DNA of 64,000 nucleotides. It comes from a virus (lineage: Duplodnaviria > Caudoviricetes). The DNA is taken from positions 14,598-78,597 of the IMG/VR virus record IMGVR_UViG_3300028888_000107; one strand, given 5' to 3'. Both the position numbers and the translations under genes were made by a program. This document shows positions 1-10,065 of this stretch, in pieces; position 1 is the first letter of the stretch, and the number at the start of each line of letters is the position of its first letter. The notes below the pieces were generated by a model. The model saw only the letters and a list, made by a program, of their open reading frames with translations, did no database searches and had not been told where the DNA came from.

Positions 1-132
1 TTGTTTCTTGAGCAATGAGCTCATCAATCTTTTCTCTTAACATCGTTAATATTTTTATAAATTATATGTTTTGCTTAATTACTTTGTATATTTTTGTTTC
101 ATACTGTAATTTTTGCAAACCTTTACTTTCAT

Positions 133-348
133 TTAACCAAATATTTTTTTGTATTCCACTTGTTTTTTAATTTGTTTAGTTGCATATTTCATCAAATGTT
201 CATCTATTTTTACACAAGCACGTGCAAGTTCCATTTGTTCAAATGTGCCACTTTGGGTATGTAACATTTTTAATCTTCTTTTCTTGTTTAGACTATCAAT
301 GGTTATGTGTTTTTTCCAAATACTGTTTTTTATTTTACGTATTTTCAT
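133..348 (-). CDS. hypothetical protein
   Basis: 71-aa ORF with ATG, 13 nt downstream of the PLP gene, same strand. Confidence 0.55.
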   Translation of the reverse strand: MKIRKIKNSIWKKHITIDSLNKKRRLKMLHTQSGTFEQMELARACVKIDEHLMKYATKQIKKQVEYKKIFG

Positions 349-361
349 TGTTTACAAGTTT

Positions 362-1159
362 TTATCTTCTTTTACCTATTATCCAAAACAAGCAATTTGG
401 TTCCAAATAGGGTACACATTTTGATTCGTATATTGGGTCCAACTCAATATCGCCAACTTTTTTAAAAACCTTGTCCTCATACCCAAGTTCGGACTTAACC
501 ACCGTTAGATTTTTGATATTTAGTGGTGCGTACTTTTTAAGGGTTTTTTGTACGTTATAGCCAACACTTACGGCTGTTACCTTTACATCTGTTCTGTTTG
601 TAAGAATTAAACCCCAAAGCACACCGCAAAGGTTCATACCGCTTCCTGCTGTTATAACAATATGCTTTACTTCTTTTGGAAGGTTTTTGGTTTGCAATGC
701 GGTTTGGTAAATGCTTTCCCAACTTTCCATTCCAAAGGGGACGTTAAGGCAATTGTTTTCTTCGGCATCCTTTTTTGCCCTTGCTATAATAACACTGTTG
801 TGCCAAGTGTCTTCGTGGTGGATAATTTCAGCACCATCGCCAATTGCAATTTTTAATTCTTCGGTATCCTTTCCCCTAATGGTGTGACACCTGCATTTTT
901 TGTTTAGGTTTTTGCAAATATTGGCAACTATTTGGATTTGCGGGCTAAACCTTGAACCAGCCGTAACAACGGTATCTTTGTCGCTTTTGGAAATTATACC
1001 GTATGCCTGTCTTGCCTTTGCGCCAACCACATCAAACACTTGGTAAAGGTCATCCCTTTTTACCCAATAATCGCCCACACGATATACTGGTGTTAATTCG
1101 GGTGCTTCCTTGTCAAAGTTGCTAAATACACTTGGTGTTATTTCAAATAAAGAAACCAT
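362..1159 (-). CDS. PLP-dependent enzyme, fold type II (ACC deaminase/D-cysteine desulfhydrase-like)
   Basis: KRDDL...GAKAR (Schiff-base Lys), TAGSRFSPQ, ITAGSGMNLCG, LDPIYESK motifs. Confidence 0.8.
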   Translation of the reverse strand: MVSLFEITPSVFSNFDKEAPELTPVYRVGDYWVKRDDLYQVFDVVGAKARQAYGIISKSDKDTVVTAGSRFSPQIQIVANICKNLNKKCRCHTIRGKDTEELKIAIGDGAEIIHHEDTWHNSVIIARAKKDAEENNCLNVPFGMESWESIYQTALQTKNLPKEVKHIVITAGSGMNLCGVLWGLILTNRTDVKVTAVSVGYNVQKTLKKYAPLNIKNLTVVKSELGYEDKVFKKVGDIELDPIYESKCVPYLEPNCLFWIIGKRR

Positions 1160-1176
1160 TTATGTTTTATATATAT

Positions 1177-2064
1177 TTAGTCATTGTTTTCGTTGTAGGA
1201 TTCTTCAACAAAATATTTAATAAGTTCTTTGTGGTTTTCAACATCTTCTTTATACAAGTTAAATCTGTATTCGCCTTTTGCGTAGTAGTTTTTAAGTTCG
1301 CCAAACTTTGTTTCTTCTATTTTCTTGTTGCGTTCTTGTGTTTGCTTGCACTTTACATAAAATGTTGTGTATTTCATTCTTGGAATAAAACTCACAAAGT
1401 TTATTGTTGTTCCATTCTTTACCAGATTTATATATGATTTAAGATATGATAATTTGTATTCTTTATCAATTGCGGCAATAAATTTGTTGTATATACTATC
1501 AACAACCGCCATTGCGTTTTCGGTTGTTTTTTTGTCTTCCCTGTTTAACCAAAAGTTTCTGTCTTTATCTTCTTCTATCTTTACATCATCCCCTATATTA
1601 TATGTGTCAAGCACCTTGTGAAAATGTAGTAAAGTTGTGTCGGAACTTTCGGATTTTAAGGGAAGCATTTCATACGCTATTATTGGAGTGATTCTTGAAA
1701 GCAATTCAAGAGCAATGTACGATTTACTTTTTATAATGTTTTCCGCTATAATAACAGCAACATATTCATGTTCGGCATCGTTTTTTGCAAGCAAGGATTG
1801 GTAGGTAACAGTTCTTACCAAATGGTCGGCATCCAAATCCCCAAGTTGTATTTCAACAGCATATTGCGTGGATTCGTTGCAAGATTGCAAAACCAAGTCA
1901 ACCCTTCCATAGCCTATCAAGGAAACTTCTCTTTTTGCGGTTAAGTCTCCAAGGTTCAAAGAATTGGTATATTTTGCTATGTATTTCTGAACATCATATT
2001 CGGAAATCGTTGATTCTTTTTTCAAGTTAACTTTTGTGCAAGATGCTAATTTTTCTTTTTCCAT
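1177..2064 (-). CDS. PD-(D/E)xK endonuclease-like protein (NucS-like N-domain)
   Basis: GRVDLVL...YAVEIQLG..DADHLVRTVTY...AVIIAE; start moved to ATG 2064 because the upstream TTG lies in a promoter. Confidence 0.7.
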   Translation of the reverse strand: MEKEKLASCTKVNLKKESTISEYDVQKYIAKYTNSLNLGDLTAKREVSLIGYGRVDLVLQSCNESTQYAVEIQLGDLDADHLVRTVTYQSLLAKNDAEHEYVAVIIAENIIKSKSYIALELLSRITPIIAYEMLPLKSESSDTTLLHFHKVLDTYNIGDDVKIEEDKDRNFWLNREDKKTTENAMAVVDSIYNKFIAAIDKEYKLSYLKSYINLVKNGTTINFVSFIPRMKYTTFYVKCKQTQERNKKIEETKFGELKNYYAKGEYRFNLYKEDVENHKELIKYFVEESYNENND

Positions 2065-2168
2065 ATCTTTATTGTTTTTAATTACAGTGCAAAAATACAA
2101 AAATGTTTTAATATATGCAACTAAAAAACAAAAAAGTTATTAACAAAGTTATTAACAATATACTATAA
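2062..2168 (-). promoter_or_regulatory. early promoter cassette P1
   Basis: TTG(2118-20)-N20-TATTTTTG(2090-97); TTATTAACA boxes at 2137-45 and 2149-57. Confidence 0.85.
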
Positions 2169-2275
2169 AATTTTTATCAAATAATAATCCACTCAATATA
2201 TAAACAATGGTACATGTGTTTTTACTAAAATTAACAAATTCCTTTAGTGTTAACTTCAAATAAAAATTTATATTA

Positions 2276-3151
2276 TTAGATTCCTATACGTTTATACAAA
2301 TTTTCTAACATAGTTTTTCTTTTTTCTTCGCCAACTTGTTTTGTTGATAAAACCACAATTTTTTCAAATTTAATAAAATTACCATTGCATACCCACATTT
2401 TATGGTTAAACAAATTATCTTGTTTTGGTAATGCCCCAAGATAATGTATTGGATTATAATTAAAATACTCTATGGGGTACACAAAAGATATGTGGCTTTT
2501 ACCAAAATTTCCATAAAGGCAAACATTTGTTAACCAATATATATTTTTTCCAACAATTTCAAAAACCTGAATTCCATATAAAACACCATTACACCTATAT
2601 GAAATTTTTATAATGTTAGAATTATTTAATAAAATTTGCTTTTCTATTTTTTTTAAATCAATATCAACACTTGAATTTGAGATATCTTTCCATTTATTTA
2701 GCAAATTATCAATTTCATACGCCTTGTTATCAACATAAAAATTATAATCCAAACCATTATAAGTATATATTTTTATATTTTCATCATTGATTATTCTTTT
2801 ACAAGAATTTTTAATTTTGCATTTCTTAACTTTTTTTTCGTCCCAACTAACAATAAAATCATAAAGTGTGTAATCGTTATTTTGTGTTTCATTACTATTT
2901 TTTGGAAAGTACCAAAATATTTGTCCTTCTATGTCCAAATCTTTTCGATTAACATTACCAAACACCATTGCGTATGTGCTGTGATTTGTTCGTTTTAATA
3001 AAACATATCCACCATTTTTTGATTTCACAAATCCGGGTGTTTCCGAATATGGCAAAAGTGTATAATAAATAGACGGACAAGTTTCAACAAAATTTATTAA
3101 ATCTTTTGGTGCTTTTCTAAAATCAACTATATTTAAATCGTTATAATTCAT
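2276..3151 (-). CDS. hypothetical protein, possibly GNAT/aminoacyl-transferase-like fold
   Basis: 291-aa ORF; C-terminal strand/helix pattern ending HYLG...LFNHK is only weakly suggestive. Confidence 0.55.
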   Translation of the reverse strand: MNYNDLNIVDFRKAPKDLINFVETCPSIYYTLLPYSETPGFVKSKNGGYVLLKRTNHSTYAMVFGNVNRKDLDIEGQIFWYFPKNSNETQNNDYTLYDFIVSWDEKKVKKCKIKNSCKRIINDENIKIYTYNGLDYNFYVDNKAYEIDNLLNKWKDISNSSVDIDLKKIEKQILLNNSNIIKISYRCNGVLYGIQVFEIVGKNIYWLTNVCLYGNFGKSHISFVYPIEYFNYNPIHYLGALPKQDNLFNHKMWVCNGNFIKFEKIVVLSTKQVGEEKRKTMLENLYKRIGI

Positions 3152-3167
3152 GTAAAGTTTTTGCTAT

Positions 3168-3818
3168 TTATAATATTGGTTCATCTTTCATTTGAATATC
3201 GTTATAAAGATTTCGTAAGCAAACCCCAGTTTTTTCAACAATCCATTGTGATGTTGGAGAACCCTTATCATTACAAACTTTTTCCGTAATGCTTGTCAAA
3301 TAATATTCTTCATTATCATACAAAATAGTTCTATTTCCAGAAACAATACATTTTATTGTATTATCTTTTTTGTAAACCAAAACATCACCATCTTTTAAAC
3401 CCATTTCATAAAAGTTAAGGGGTCCTCTTTGCAATTTTTTTTCTTTAAATTGTGCAATTTTATCATTTGATGTTAAATTATTTTCAATTTCTTTATTAAT
3501 TTCATTTGTTACTTCTTCTATACTAAATAAACTTATAAGTCCTATAATGCTTTTTGGGTCCAATCTAAAAAATTCACGGTTATTGTTTACACGAACAACC
3601 CCAAATGCTTTATGAAGTTCCTTTTCAACTAAATCGCAATTGTTAACCGTGCAAGAATATTCACACACAAAAGGCACAGGAACTCCTGTTGAAAAAAGTT
3701 CTTTCATTCTATCATTAACATCGGTTCTTGTTGTTTTTCCTATTTTAACAAGACCCGGCATACAAGGGTTTGACAAAACATAAATAATTCCTTGCTTTTT
3801 GCTTAATGTGTTTTCCAT
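3168..3818 (-). CDS. T5orf172/MUG113 GIY-YIG-family nuclease with RAMA-like C-terminal domain
   Basis: GIIYVLSNPCMPGLVKIGKT...STGVPVPF...VEKELH...REFF; C-terminal LNFYEMGLKDGDVL. Confidence 0.85.
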   Translation of the reverse strand: MENTLSKKQGIIYVLSNPCMPGLVKIGKTTRTDVNDRMKELFSTGVPVPFVCEYSCTVNNCDLVEKELHKAFGVVRVNNNREFFRLDPKSIIGLISLFSIEEVTNEINKEIENNLTSNDKIAQFKEKKLQRGPLNFYEMGLKDGDVLVYKKDNTIKCIVSGNRTILYDNEEYYLTSITEKVCNDKGSPTSQWIVEKTGVCLRNLYNDIQMKDEPIL

Positions 3819-3920
3819 ATCTTTGTTGTTTTAATTACAGTGCAAAAATACAAAACTTTTTAATATATGCAACTAAAAAACAAAAAAGTTATTAACAAAG
3901 ATATCAACAATACACTACAA
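3816..3920 (-). promoter_or_regulatory. early promoter cassette P2
   Basis: TTG-N19-TATTTTTG(3843-50); boxes 3889-97 and 3901-09; near-identical to P1. Confidence 0.85.
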
Positions 3921-4937
3921 CTTTTTACGGTAAACATACACCTTTTCATTTGTATCCACAAAATGCGTGGTTCCTTGTTCATCCCCTTTTGAACCATAAA
4001 CACGTTTGCCGTTGCTTAATTCAACATCTTCCAAAAACACAAAGCCAACCTCTGTTGCCATTTTGTGAAAATCATCAGCCATCTTGTAGTTTTCGGTGTT
4101 TTTGATGTTGTATGCAAAGAAACCATCATTTACAAGGTATTGCTTGCAATTTTCCATAGTTTTCCTTACATAAACATTTAGCCAATCTTTGTATTGGGGA
4201 TACAACTTTATGCTTTGCTCACCGTGTTTGTAATCTTCCAAATCAAAATAGGGCGGGCTGCTAAAGCACAAACCCATTTTGTTTGTCCATTCTTCCACAA
4301 AAATTTCACTTCCTTGCGGTCTAATGTCCTTGTGTATTGGTGCAAACAACCTAAATGGATCCGAAGCATAATAATCTTCATACATATTGCCAAGTTGTTC
4401 AACCAATTCAACATTGGGATCGGTTCCATAATAGTTGGTTTTCATTCTCATACTGCCCAAAAGCCTTGCACCCCAACCGCAACTGTAATCATAATAGTTT
4501 TTGTTTGGGCAATAATTTTCCAACATATAGTTTATAACCTGTATGGGAAATTGGGTTGCCTTTCTTGCAACACCCTTGCCGCCCAGTTGAACCATGTGCA
4601 TAAATTTTTTGCAAGGAGTTGGGTCGTCAAAGATGTGTGGGAATGCTTCTGCTTTTGCCATAAAAAAGCCAACAAGTTCTTTTGATTCAAGTACCTCGTT
4701 TAACGAAAACTTATCACCGGCAAAACAAACATCCGATGCAATTTTTATAAAATACTTTTTGTATATCTCGCTTGTTACCGAACCACCGTTTGCCACTTTT
4801 CTAAATTGTGCATACAAGTCGCTTTTTGTAGGAACTTTATAGTATTCCTCAACTATTTCATTGTATTCCTCATCGGACAATTCCCTGTAAAACTTTGTTT
4901 TAAGGGTTTTACCGTTATGTGTTATTTCCTTAATCAT
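3915..4937 (-). CDS. DNA amino-methyltransferase (m4C/m6A)
   Basis: SAM-binding YDYSCGWGARLLG and catalytic SSPPYF motifs. Confidence 0.85.
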   Translation of the reverse strand: MIKEITHNGKTLKTKFYRELSDEEYNEIVEEYYKVPTKSDLYAQFRKVANGGSVTSEIYKKYFIKIASDVCFAGDKFSLNEVLESKELVGFFMAKAEAFPHIFDDPTPCKKFMHMVQLGGKGVARKATQFPIQVINYMLENYCPNKNYYDYSCGWGARLLGSMRMKTNYYGTDPNVELVEQLGNMYEDYYASDPFRLFAPIHKDIRPQGSEIFVEEWTNKMGLCFSSPPYFDLEDYKHGEQSIKLYPQYKDWLNVYVRKTMENCKQYLVNDGFFAYNIKNTENYKMADDFHKMATEVGFVFLEDVELSNGKRVYGSKGDEQGTTHFVDTNEKVYVYRKKL

Positions 4938-4940
4938 ATT

Positions 4941-6014
4941 CTAAAACAACTTGTAAACCTTTCTGTGTTCGGGGTTTTTGCAAAAAACCATTATGCCTTC
5001 AACATTATCCACCAACTTGTTTCTATCATCTTCGTTTTTTCTTATTTTGGTTCTTTGCGACCTCCCAATAACCTTATCTTGTTCAACCTTTTTGAAACCA
5101 ACTTCCAATGCCAACTTTTTTGTATCGCCAACCAAATCGTATTCGGAGAAATTTTTAATGTTAAGAATAAAATAACCTCCATCTATAAGGTACGCCATAC
5201 AATTTTCCATTGTTTTGACCATATAGCCGTTTAGCCAATCCTTGTATTCAACACCGGGTTTCCAACTTTGGTTTCCCGTTTTGTAATCTTCCAAGTTAAA
5301 GTATGGGGGTGAACTAAAACACAAGCCCATTTTGTTTTCTATTTCATGGTGTCTTTCTTCGCTTCCGGTTGTCCATATTTTAAAGGTTGTTCTTGTGTCG
5401 TTTGTAACACGCAAATACCTTTGTCCCATTTTGGAAAGTCTTTCAACAAGTTTGTAGTTTGGATCCGTTCCATAATAGTTTATGTGGTTTCTTAAACTTC
5501 CTATAAGTCTATCACCCCACCCGCAACTAAAGTCATAATAGTTGTTGTTCACATTGTACTTATCCAAAACAAGGTCAACTGTTTGCAAAGGAAACATTCC
5601 CGCTTTTTTGCAAACACCAGCACCAATTAGTTGCATTGACTTGTTCAAATGGGATAATAACCCATCTTTGGGGTCGTACACTTTTTTGTTTACATTCACA
5701 TACCTTAAAATATACCCAACAACTTCTTTGCTTCGCAATGCCTCGGCAGGTGACCAAACTGCATCGTAAAGCGTGGTTTCGCTTAAAATATCGTTTATGT
5801 AGTAACGGTTTAACGCACCTTTGTTGGTGCCGCCATAGGAAATGCTTCTTATATTTTCGTCAACTTCTTCCAAAGTTGGCTTTGCATAGTATTCCCTTAC
5901 AAGATTTTCGTATTCCTCATCAGTAATATCATAAAAGTAAGGACAAGTCATTTTCATTTTCTTGCCCTCGTGTTCAAGCCATTTAACACCGTTTTCTTCG
6001 TAAATCATAATCAA
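4941..6014 (-). CDS. DNA amino-methyltransferase (m4C/m6A), paralog of adjacent gene
   Basis: YDFSCGWGDRLIG and SSPPYF motifs; colinear with 3915-4937. Confidence 0.85.
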   Translation of the reverse strand: MIMIYEENGVKWLEHEGKKMKMTCPYFYDITDEEYENLVREYYAKPTLEEVDENIRSISYGGTNKGALNRYYINDILSETTLYDAVWSPAEALRSKEVVGYILRYVNVNKKVYDPKDGLLSHLNKSMQLIGAGVCKKAGMFPLQTVDLVLDKYNVNNNYYDFSCGWGDRLIGSLRNHINYYGTDPNYKLVERLSKMGQRYLRVTNDTRTTFKIWTTGSEERHHEIENKMGLCFSSPPYFNLEDYKTGNQSWKPGVEYKDWLNGYMVKTMENCMAYLIDGGYFILNIKNFSEYDLVGDTKKLALEVGFKKVEQDKVIGRSQRTKIRKNEDDRNKLVDNVEGIMVFCKNPEHRKVYKLF

Positions 6015-6020
6015 CTAAAT

Positions 6021-6082
6021 TAAAATGCAAAAATACAAATTATCCTAAAACACAAAAACATTAAAACAAAAAGTTATTAACA
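6021..6082 (-). promoter_or_regulatory. early promoter P3 (degenerate)
   Basis: TATTTTTG(6028-35); one box 6074-82. Confidence 0.65.
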
Positions 6083-6112
6083 TTTCACATCGCATATATC
6101 CAACATATATCG

Positions 6113-6868
6113 TTATTTTATCAAAAGATGGTCGTATTGCTGGTGGTATTGCTTGCAAAGAGAAAGAAAATTTTTGGCATATTCAACAAGTTCCTTTTCC
6201 TCCACATACACCAATTGGGGTGAATCGTTTTCAACAGCTATCCAAAGTTCAGCGTGGTGAACCTTTATTCTAAAGATTTGGTAGTATGCAACAAAATACG
6301 CTCCAAGTTGAAGATAGTAACCGGTTAGCCACTCTTTTCTTTTTTTGCGTTTTGAAGTTTTAAAGTCAACCAACACATATTCATCAGCATGGTTTTTCAT
6401 TACAAAATCACACCTACCGGCATATCCTCCACAAGTAAGGGAATACAAGGTATCTTCCATACTTACAACATCCTTTACCCTTTCGAAAAACCCGCACCAC
6501 ATAAGGCTATTGAACAATTCGTTTCCACACTTTAGTTCATCGGACGTGTAGCCGTTTTCTTGAACAAAGGCATTCATTTTTTTGTTTACATCCAACAACC
6601 TATCGTTTTTGTTTTCTATGTCGCTTGTAAACCAATATTCAAGTTTTTGGTGCATACAAGTTCCACGATTGGCGGAAAACGTCATAATTCGGTTTGCCTC
6701 TTCTTCGCCAATGTTCTTTCTCCAATTATCAAGGCTGCTGTGGTCGGTCATTGCACCTATAATGGTGGTAACGGATGGCAACTTGTAAAGCACGCCATCC
6801 TTTTCTATGTTGTAGTATCGTTTGTTATCTATGGACTCTGTTAATTCAAGGCTTTCCTTTGTTGCCAT
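6113..6868 (-). CDS. PD-(D/E)xK exonuclease (phage lambda-exo/MGME1-like)
   Basis: PSVTTII, RGTCMH, YAGRCD, VDFKTS, QLGAY motifs. Confidence 0.85.
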   Translation of the reverse strand: MATKESLELTESIDNKRYYNIEKDGVLYKLPSVTTIIGAMTDHSSLDNWRKNIGEEEANRIMTFSANRGTCMHQKLEYWFTSDIENKNDRLLDVNKKMNAFVQENGYTSDELKCGNELFNSLMWCGFFERVKDVVSMEDTLYSLTCGGYAGRCDFVMKNHADEYVLVDFKTSKRKKRKEWLTGYYLQLGAYFVAYYQIFRIKVHHAELWIAVENDSPQLVYVEEKELVEYAKNFLSLCKQYHQQYDHLLIK

Positions 6869-6895
6869 ATTTTCATTTTAAATATATATGATAAT

Positions 6896-7828
6896 CTATT
6901 TGTTGTCTAACACGTAATCACTTGTTCCTAAAGTGTGTGGAAGTTTATCGACATAACAATCATAAGCCACTTTTGAAACAATGTTTTTTAACTTGTTTTT
7001 GTATGTTGTCATTTTATTGTTTATCCATCTTTTAAACCCATCGTATGATTTAAACTTATTGTTTGATAATTTGTTTGCGTATTTAAGAATAAGTTCTTTG
7101 TGTTTGTCATCTTTCACTTCTAAAAATTGTTCGCACCAGCAAAATACAAGTTTGTAATTTTTGTAAAAGTTAGTTCTTTTTATGTATTCCAACACATCGT
7201 TTACAGATAGAAAAGTTCCATCATATTCCAAAAGTTCGCCTTTTATTGTTCCTATAAACGCATTTCTTTCAAAATCAACAAGCATATACATAACGCTGCC
7301 GACCATTTTTTCTATTGGGTCATTATTGTTTGTCATTTCAAAATAACCCAAATCCTTTGCAACTTTTTCAAGTGTGTTTCCTTGTTTTCTTAAATTATAA
7401 TCTTCATAGGCGTGTTGAAGTTCGTGCATTAATGTACCCAAGTTGACACTTTTTTTGTTTAGTTGAATTTGTATGCTTTGAAATTTTTCACTATTTTTTA
7501 ATGTTTTGGTTTTTGAAAAAGCATAGCCCGTTAACCCATCTTCTGTTATGACCAATATAATATTTTTGGTAAAGTTACATTCAGGTGTGTGTACGTTTAT
7601 TGTTTTGTCGGATGAACTTTTTGCAATGTTTAACAATTTCCAAGCCAATGCTTCACAATTGTTGAAAACACCATGTTTTTCAAGTATTTTGTTTTTGTTA
7701 AACCTGTTCTCATTGGAATAATAAAATTGTCTATTTTCATCTCCACAATAAAATTCTATAAACAAATGAGGTTCTAATATATTATTATAATTTATTAAAA
7801 ATTCATCAAATTTTAAAATTTTATTCAT
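6896..7828 (-). CDS. putative zincin (HExxH) metallopeptidase with capsid-targeting-like leader
   Basis: TLMHELQHAYED plus FERNAF; N-terminus MNKILKFDEFL. Confidence 0.65.
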   Translation of the reverse strand: MNKILKFDEFLINYNNILEPHLFIEFYCGDENRQFYYSNENRFNKNKILEKHGVFNNCEALAWKLLNIAKSSSDKTINVHTPECNFTKNIILVITEDGLTGYAFSKTKTLKNSEKFQSIQIQLNKKSVNLGTLMHELQHAYEDYNLRKQGNTLEKVAKDLGYFEMTNNNDPIEKMVGSVMYMLVDFERNAFIGTIKGELLEYDGTFLSVNDVLEYIKRTNFYKNYKLVFCWCEQFLEVKDDKHKELILKYANKLSNNKFKSYDGFKRWINNKMTTYKNKLKNIVSKVAYDCYVDKLPHTLGTSDYVLDNK

Positions 7829-7839
7829 TTATGCGTTGT

Positions 7840-8815
7840 TTATATTTTTGAATTTATGTAATTTGTCATAGCTGTGGAATCCGCAAACCCTTTTGACATT
7901 TTTTCCGAAAACACTTCGTATGCCATTTTTGGTATAATTGTGTTAAACTTTCTTTTGTAGGAATACAACATGGCATTCAACCATCTTTTAACATCTTTAT
8001 ATTCCATAAAATAGAAATTTGTAATTTTGCCCAAATAATTCAAAACCTTTATCTTATCCTCTTTGTTTTTTATTTCCAAAAATTCGTTTGTCCACTCAAA
8101 CGCATCTTCGTATTGCTGGTAAAAACCCGTGCTTTTTATAAAATCGCAAACAGAATTTATTGTTGTAAACTTTTTCGGGGATTCCATAAGTTCCCCATAT
8201 ATGGAATTTATGTATGCGTTTCTTTCAAAGGATGTGTACAAATAAACCAATTTGTAAAGTTTGCGTTCCATTGTGTTTGATGGTTTGGAAAGGTTTACCA
8301 TTAGTTTTTTGTAGCCAATTTTTTCCAATTTTTTATCGGTGCTTGAACCTTTTTTTCTTAATTCACAATCCTCTTTTGCGTGTTGAAGTTCGTGCATAAT
8401 AACCGATAATTTTAACTTGTCTTTTGATGAAATTATTATTGTTATTTCATCAAACAAACCTTCGTTTTGGTTAAACACAGACTCGTTATAGGCATAGGCG
8501 GCAACCCCAAAAACATCTTCATCATATTCAACAATAACCTTTTTTGCCACATTGTTGGCGGGCATTTCTATTGTTATTGTTGAATGGTTTTTTAGTTCAA
8601 CACCTTTTGCCTTTTTTATAATTTCTTCGGACATTTCCAAGCATTTGTCAAAAATGCCGTATTTTTCAAAAAGCGTAGTTGTTGATGTCAAGGACTCACC
8701 AATATATAGAAAATTTCGGTTTTCATCACCGTAATAAAATTCTATAAAAAGGTGAGATAAAAAAACTATTGCCAGATGCTTTTTCATATTCTTCAAAACT
8801 TAAAATTCTTCCCAT
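7840..8815 (-). CDS. putative zincin metallopeptidase paralog; leader exon out of frame at a T7 run
   Basis: VIMHELQHAKED plus FERNAY; ATG 8815 encodes MGRILSFEEYEKASGNSF, which joins the main frame if one base of A7 (8759-8765) is removed; internal ATG at 8787. Confidence 0.65.
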
Positions 8816-8829
8816 AACCAAATTTGGTT

Positions 8830-9216
8830 CTACAAAAACAATAGAATGACCAATTTGTCAAAAACATCCGAGTTACGCAGAACAACCTTGCAATAGTCGC
8901 AAGTGTAAACACCGTTTTCATAGCAAGGCTCACAAACCGCAAAACCTTTTTCTTTGAAAATGTATTGTGTGCGAACAATGGTGTCGTTAAGCAACACGGT
9001 TTTTTCCTTTGCAATGTTAAAGTTTGAAGTGTATTGCTTTCCGTTTTCAAAAAGTGTAAGTGTAAAGACATCGGTTGTGTCGTTAAATGTAACATCAACC
9101 ATTCTTTCAACACTTATGAACTCACCGCCAGCATAACCCTTTACAATGGCGGGTGTTTGGGCGTTTGCCAAAAGGCAAATTGTCATTAAAGCCAATAAGT
9201 TAAAAAATCTTTTCAT
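8830..9216 (-). CDS. exported protein with signal peptide
   Basis: MKRFFNLLALMTICLLANAQ, a Bacteroidota-type signal peptide ending A-Q. Confidence 0.65.
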   Translation of the reverse strand: MKRFFNLLALMTICLLANAQTPAIVKGYAGGEFISVERMVDVTFNDTTDVFTLTLFENGKQYTSNFNIAKEKTVLLNDTIVRTQYIFKEKGFAVCEPCYENGVYTCDYCKVVLRNSDVFDKLVILLFL

Positions 9217-9237
9217 AATCGTTTGTTTTATGCTTTA

Positions 9238-9615
9238 TTAATCCACATTTATTACCAATTCATATTTTTCGGCAAACCAACGCAACTTTTCGGTTAAATG
9301 GTTGCCAAACATCTTGTAATGAAAATTTCGTGCATCATCAAACACCTTTGGATTGTTGTCGTTTTTTTCATAAAGGTCTGCACGTATTTCTTGTATATAG
9401 GTTGCGTCTTCCATAAATTCAATATGGTTAAAGTTTTCATCTTTGAACCTATCTTTAAGGAAACAAGTCAAGCCTTTAATAATGGGGACACAACTAATTT
9501 CGGAATACCAAAGTTTGTTTTCAAATTCCTTTAAGTAATATTCAATATCAAACATTACCATTTCACCGCTTCGGTTTTCTATACCGTTTGGTCTGTAAAT
9601 TATTTGGTATGTCAT
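9238..9615 (-). CDS. hypothetical protein
   Basis: 125-aa ORF, tight operon spacing. Confidence 0.65.
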   Translation of the reverse strand: MTYQIIYRPNGIENRSGEMVMFDIEYYLKEFENKLWYSEISCVPIIKGLTCFLKDRFKDENFNHIEFMEDATYIQEIRADLYEKNDNNPKVFDDARNFHYKMFGNHLTEKLRWFAEKYELVINVD

Positions 9616-9626
9616 ATTGTAAGGTT

Positions 9627-10064
9627 TTAGAAAATGAGTTTTAATGCAACAACAATACCCGCAACGATTAAACCTGTTGCAAAAAACAACCCAAGCAAGC
9701 GTCCTATTGATGTGTACTTTCTATCAGGTGAAAGCACAACAAGGACGGAGTTTGTTCCATCAAATTGTTCATAGTATTCGGGATACATTATAAGTTCGGA
9801 TAACCTTAATTCGTTTAGCAAGTTGCTTAACGGACCAAGTTGTTCCTTTATGTACATATCTACCGCTATGTTTCTTTCTATGGTTTCGTTTATGCTTTTT
9901 TGGGGCAAGTTGTTTAGGTCATCGGGTATATCAATAACGGTGTAAACCCTTCCGATCCAATCAACATCAAAGCCAAGTTCGTTTAGTTTGTCCTTGTTTT
10001 CGTTGACTGTTTTTTTAACTATGTTCCAAATTTTTATTTCCCTAATTAAATTTTTAATATACAT
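9627..10064 (-). CDS. hypothetical membrane-anchored protein
   Basis: C-terminal hydrophobic helix LLGLFFATGLIVAGIVVALKLIF. Confidence 0.65.
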   Translation of the reverse strand: MYIKNLIREIKIWNIVKKTVNENKDKLNELGFDVDWIGRVYTVIDIPDDLNNLPQKSINETIERNIAVDMYIKEQLGPLSNLLNELRLSELIMYPEYYEQFDGTNSVLVVLSPDRKYTSIGRLLGLFFATGLIVAGIVVALKLIF

Positions 10065-10065
10065 A

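Noticed and set aside
2065-2100. TTG-initiated N-terminal extensions in the ORF track (also 26761, 28592, 36238, 45449, 48360, 61579)
   Set aside because: Extensions run through promoter elements, terminators or upstream genes; downstream ATGs have the A-rich leader or stop/start coupling.
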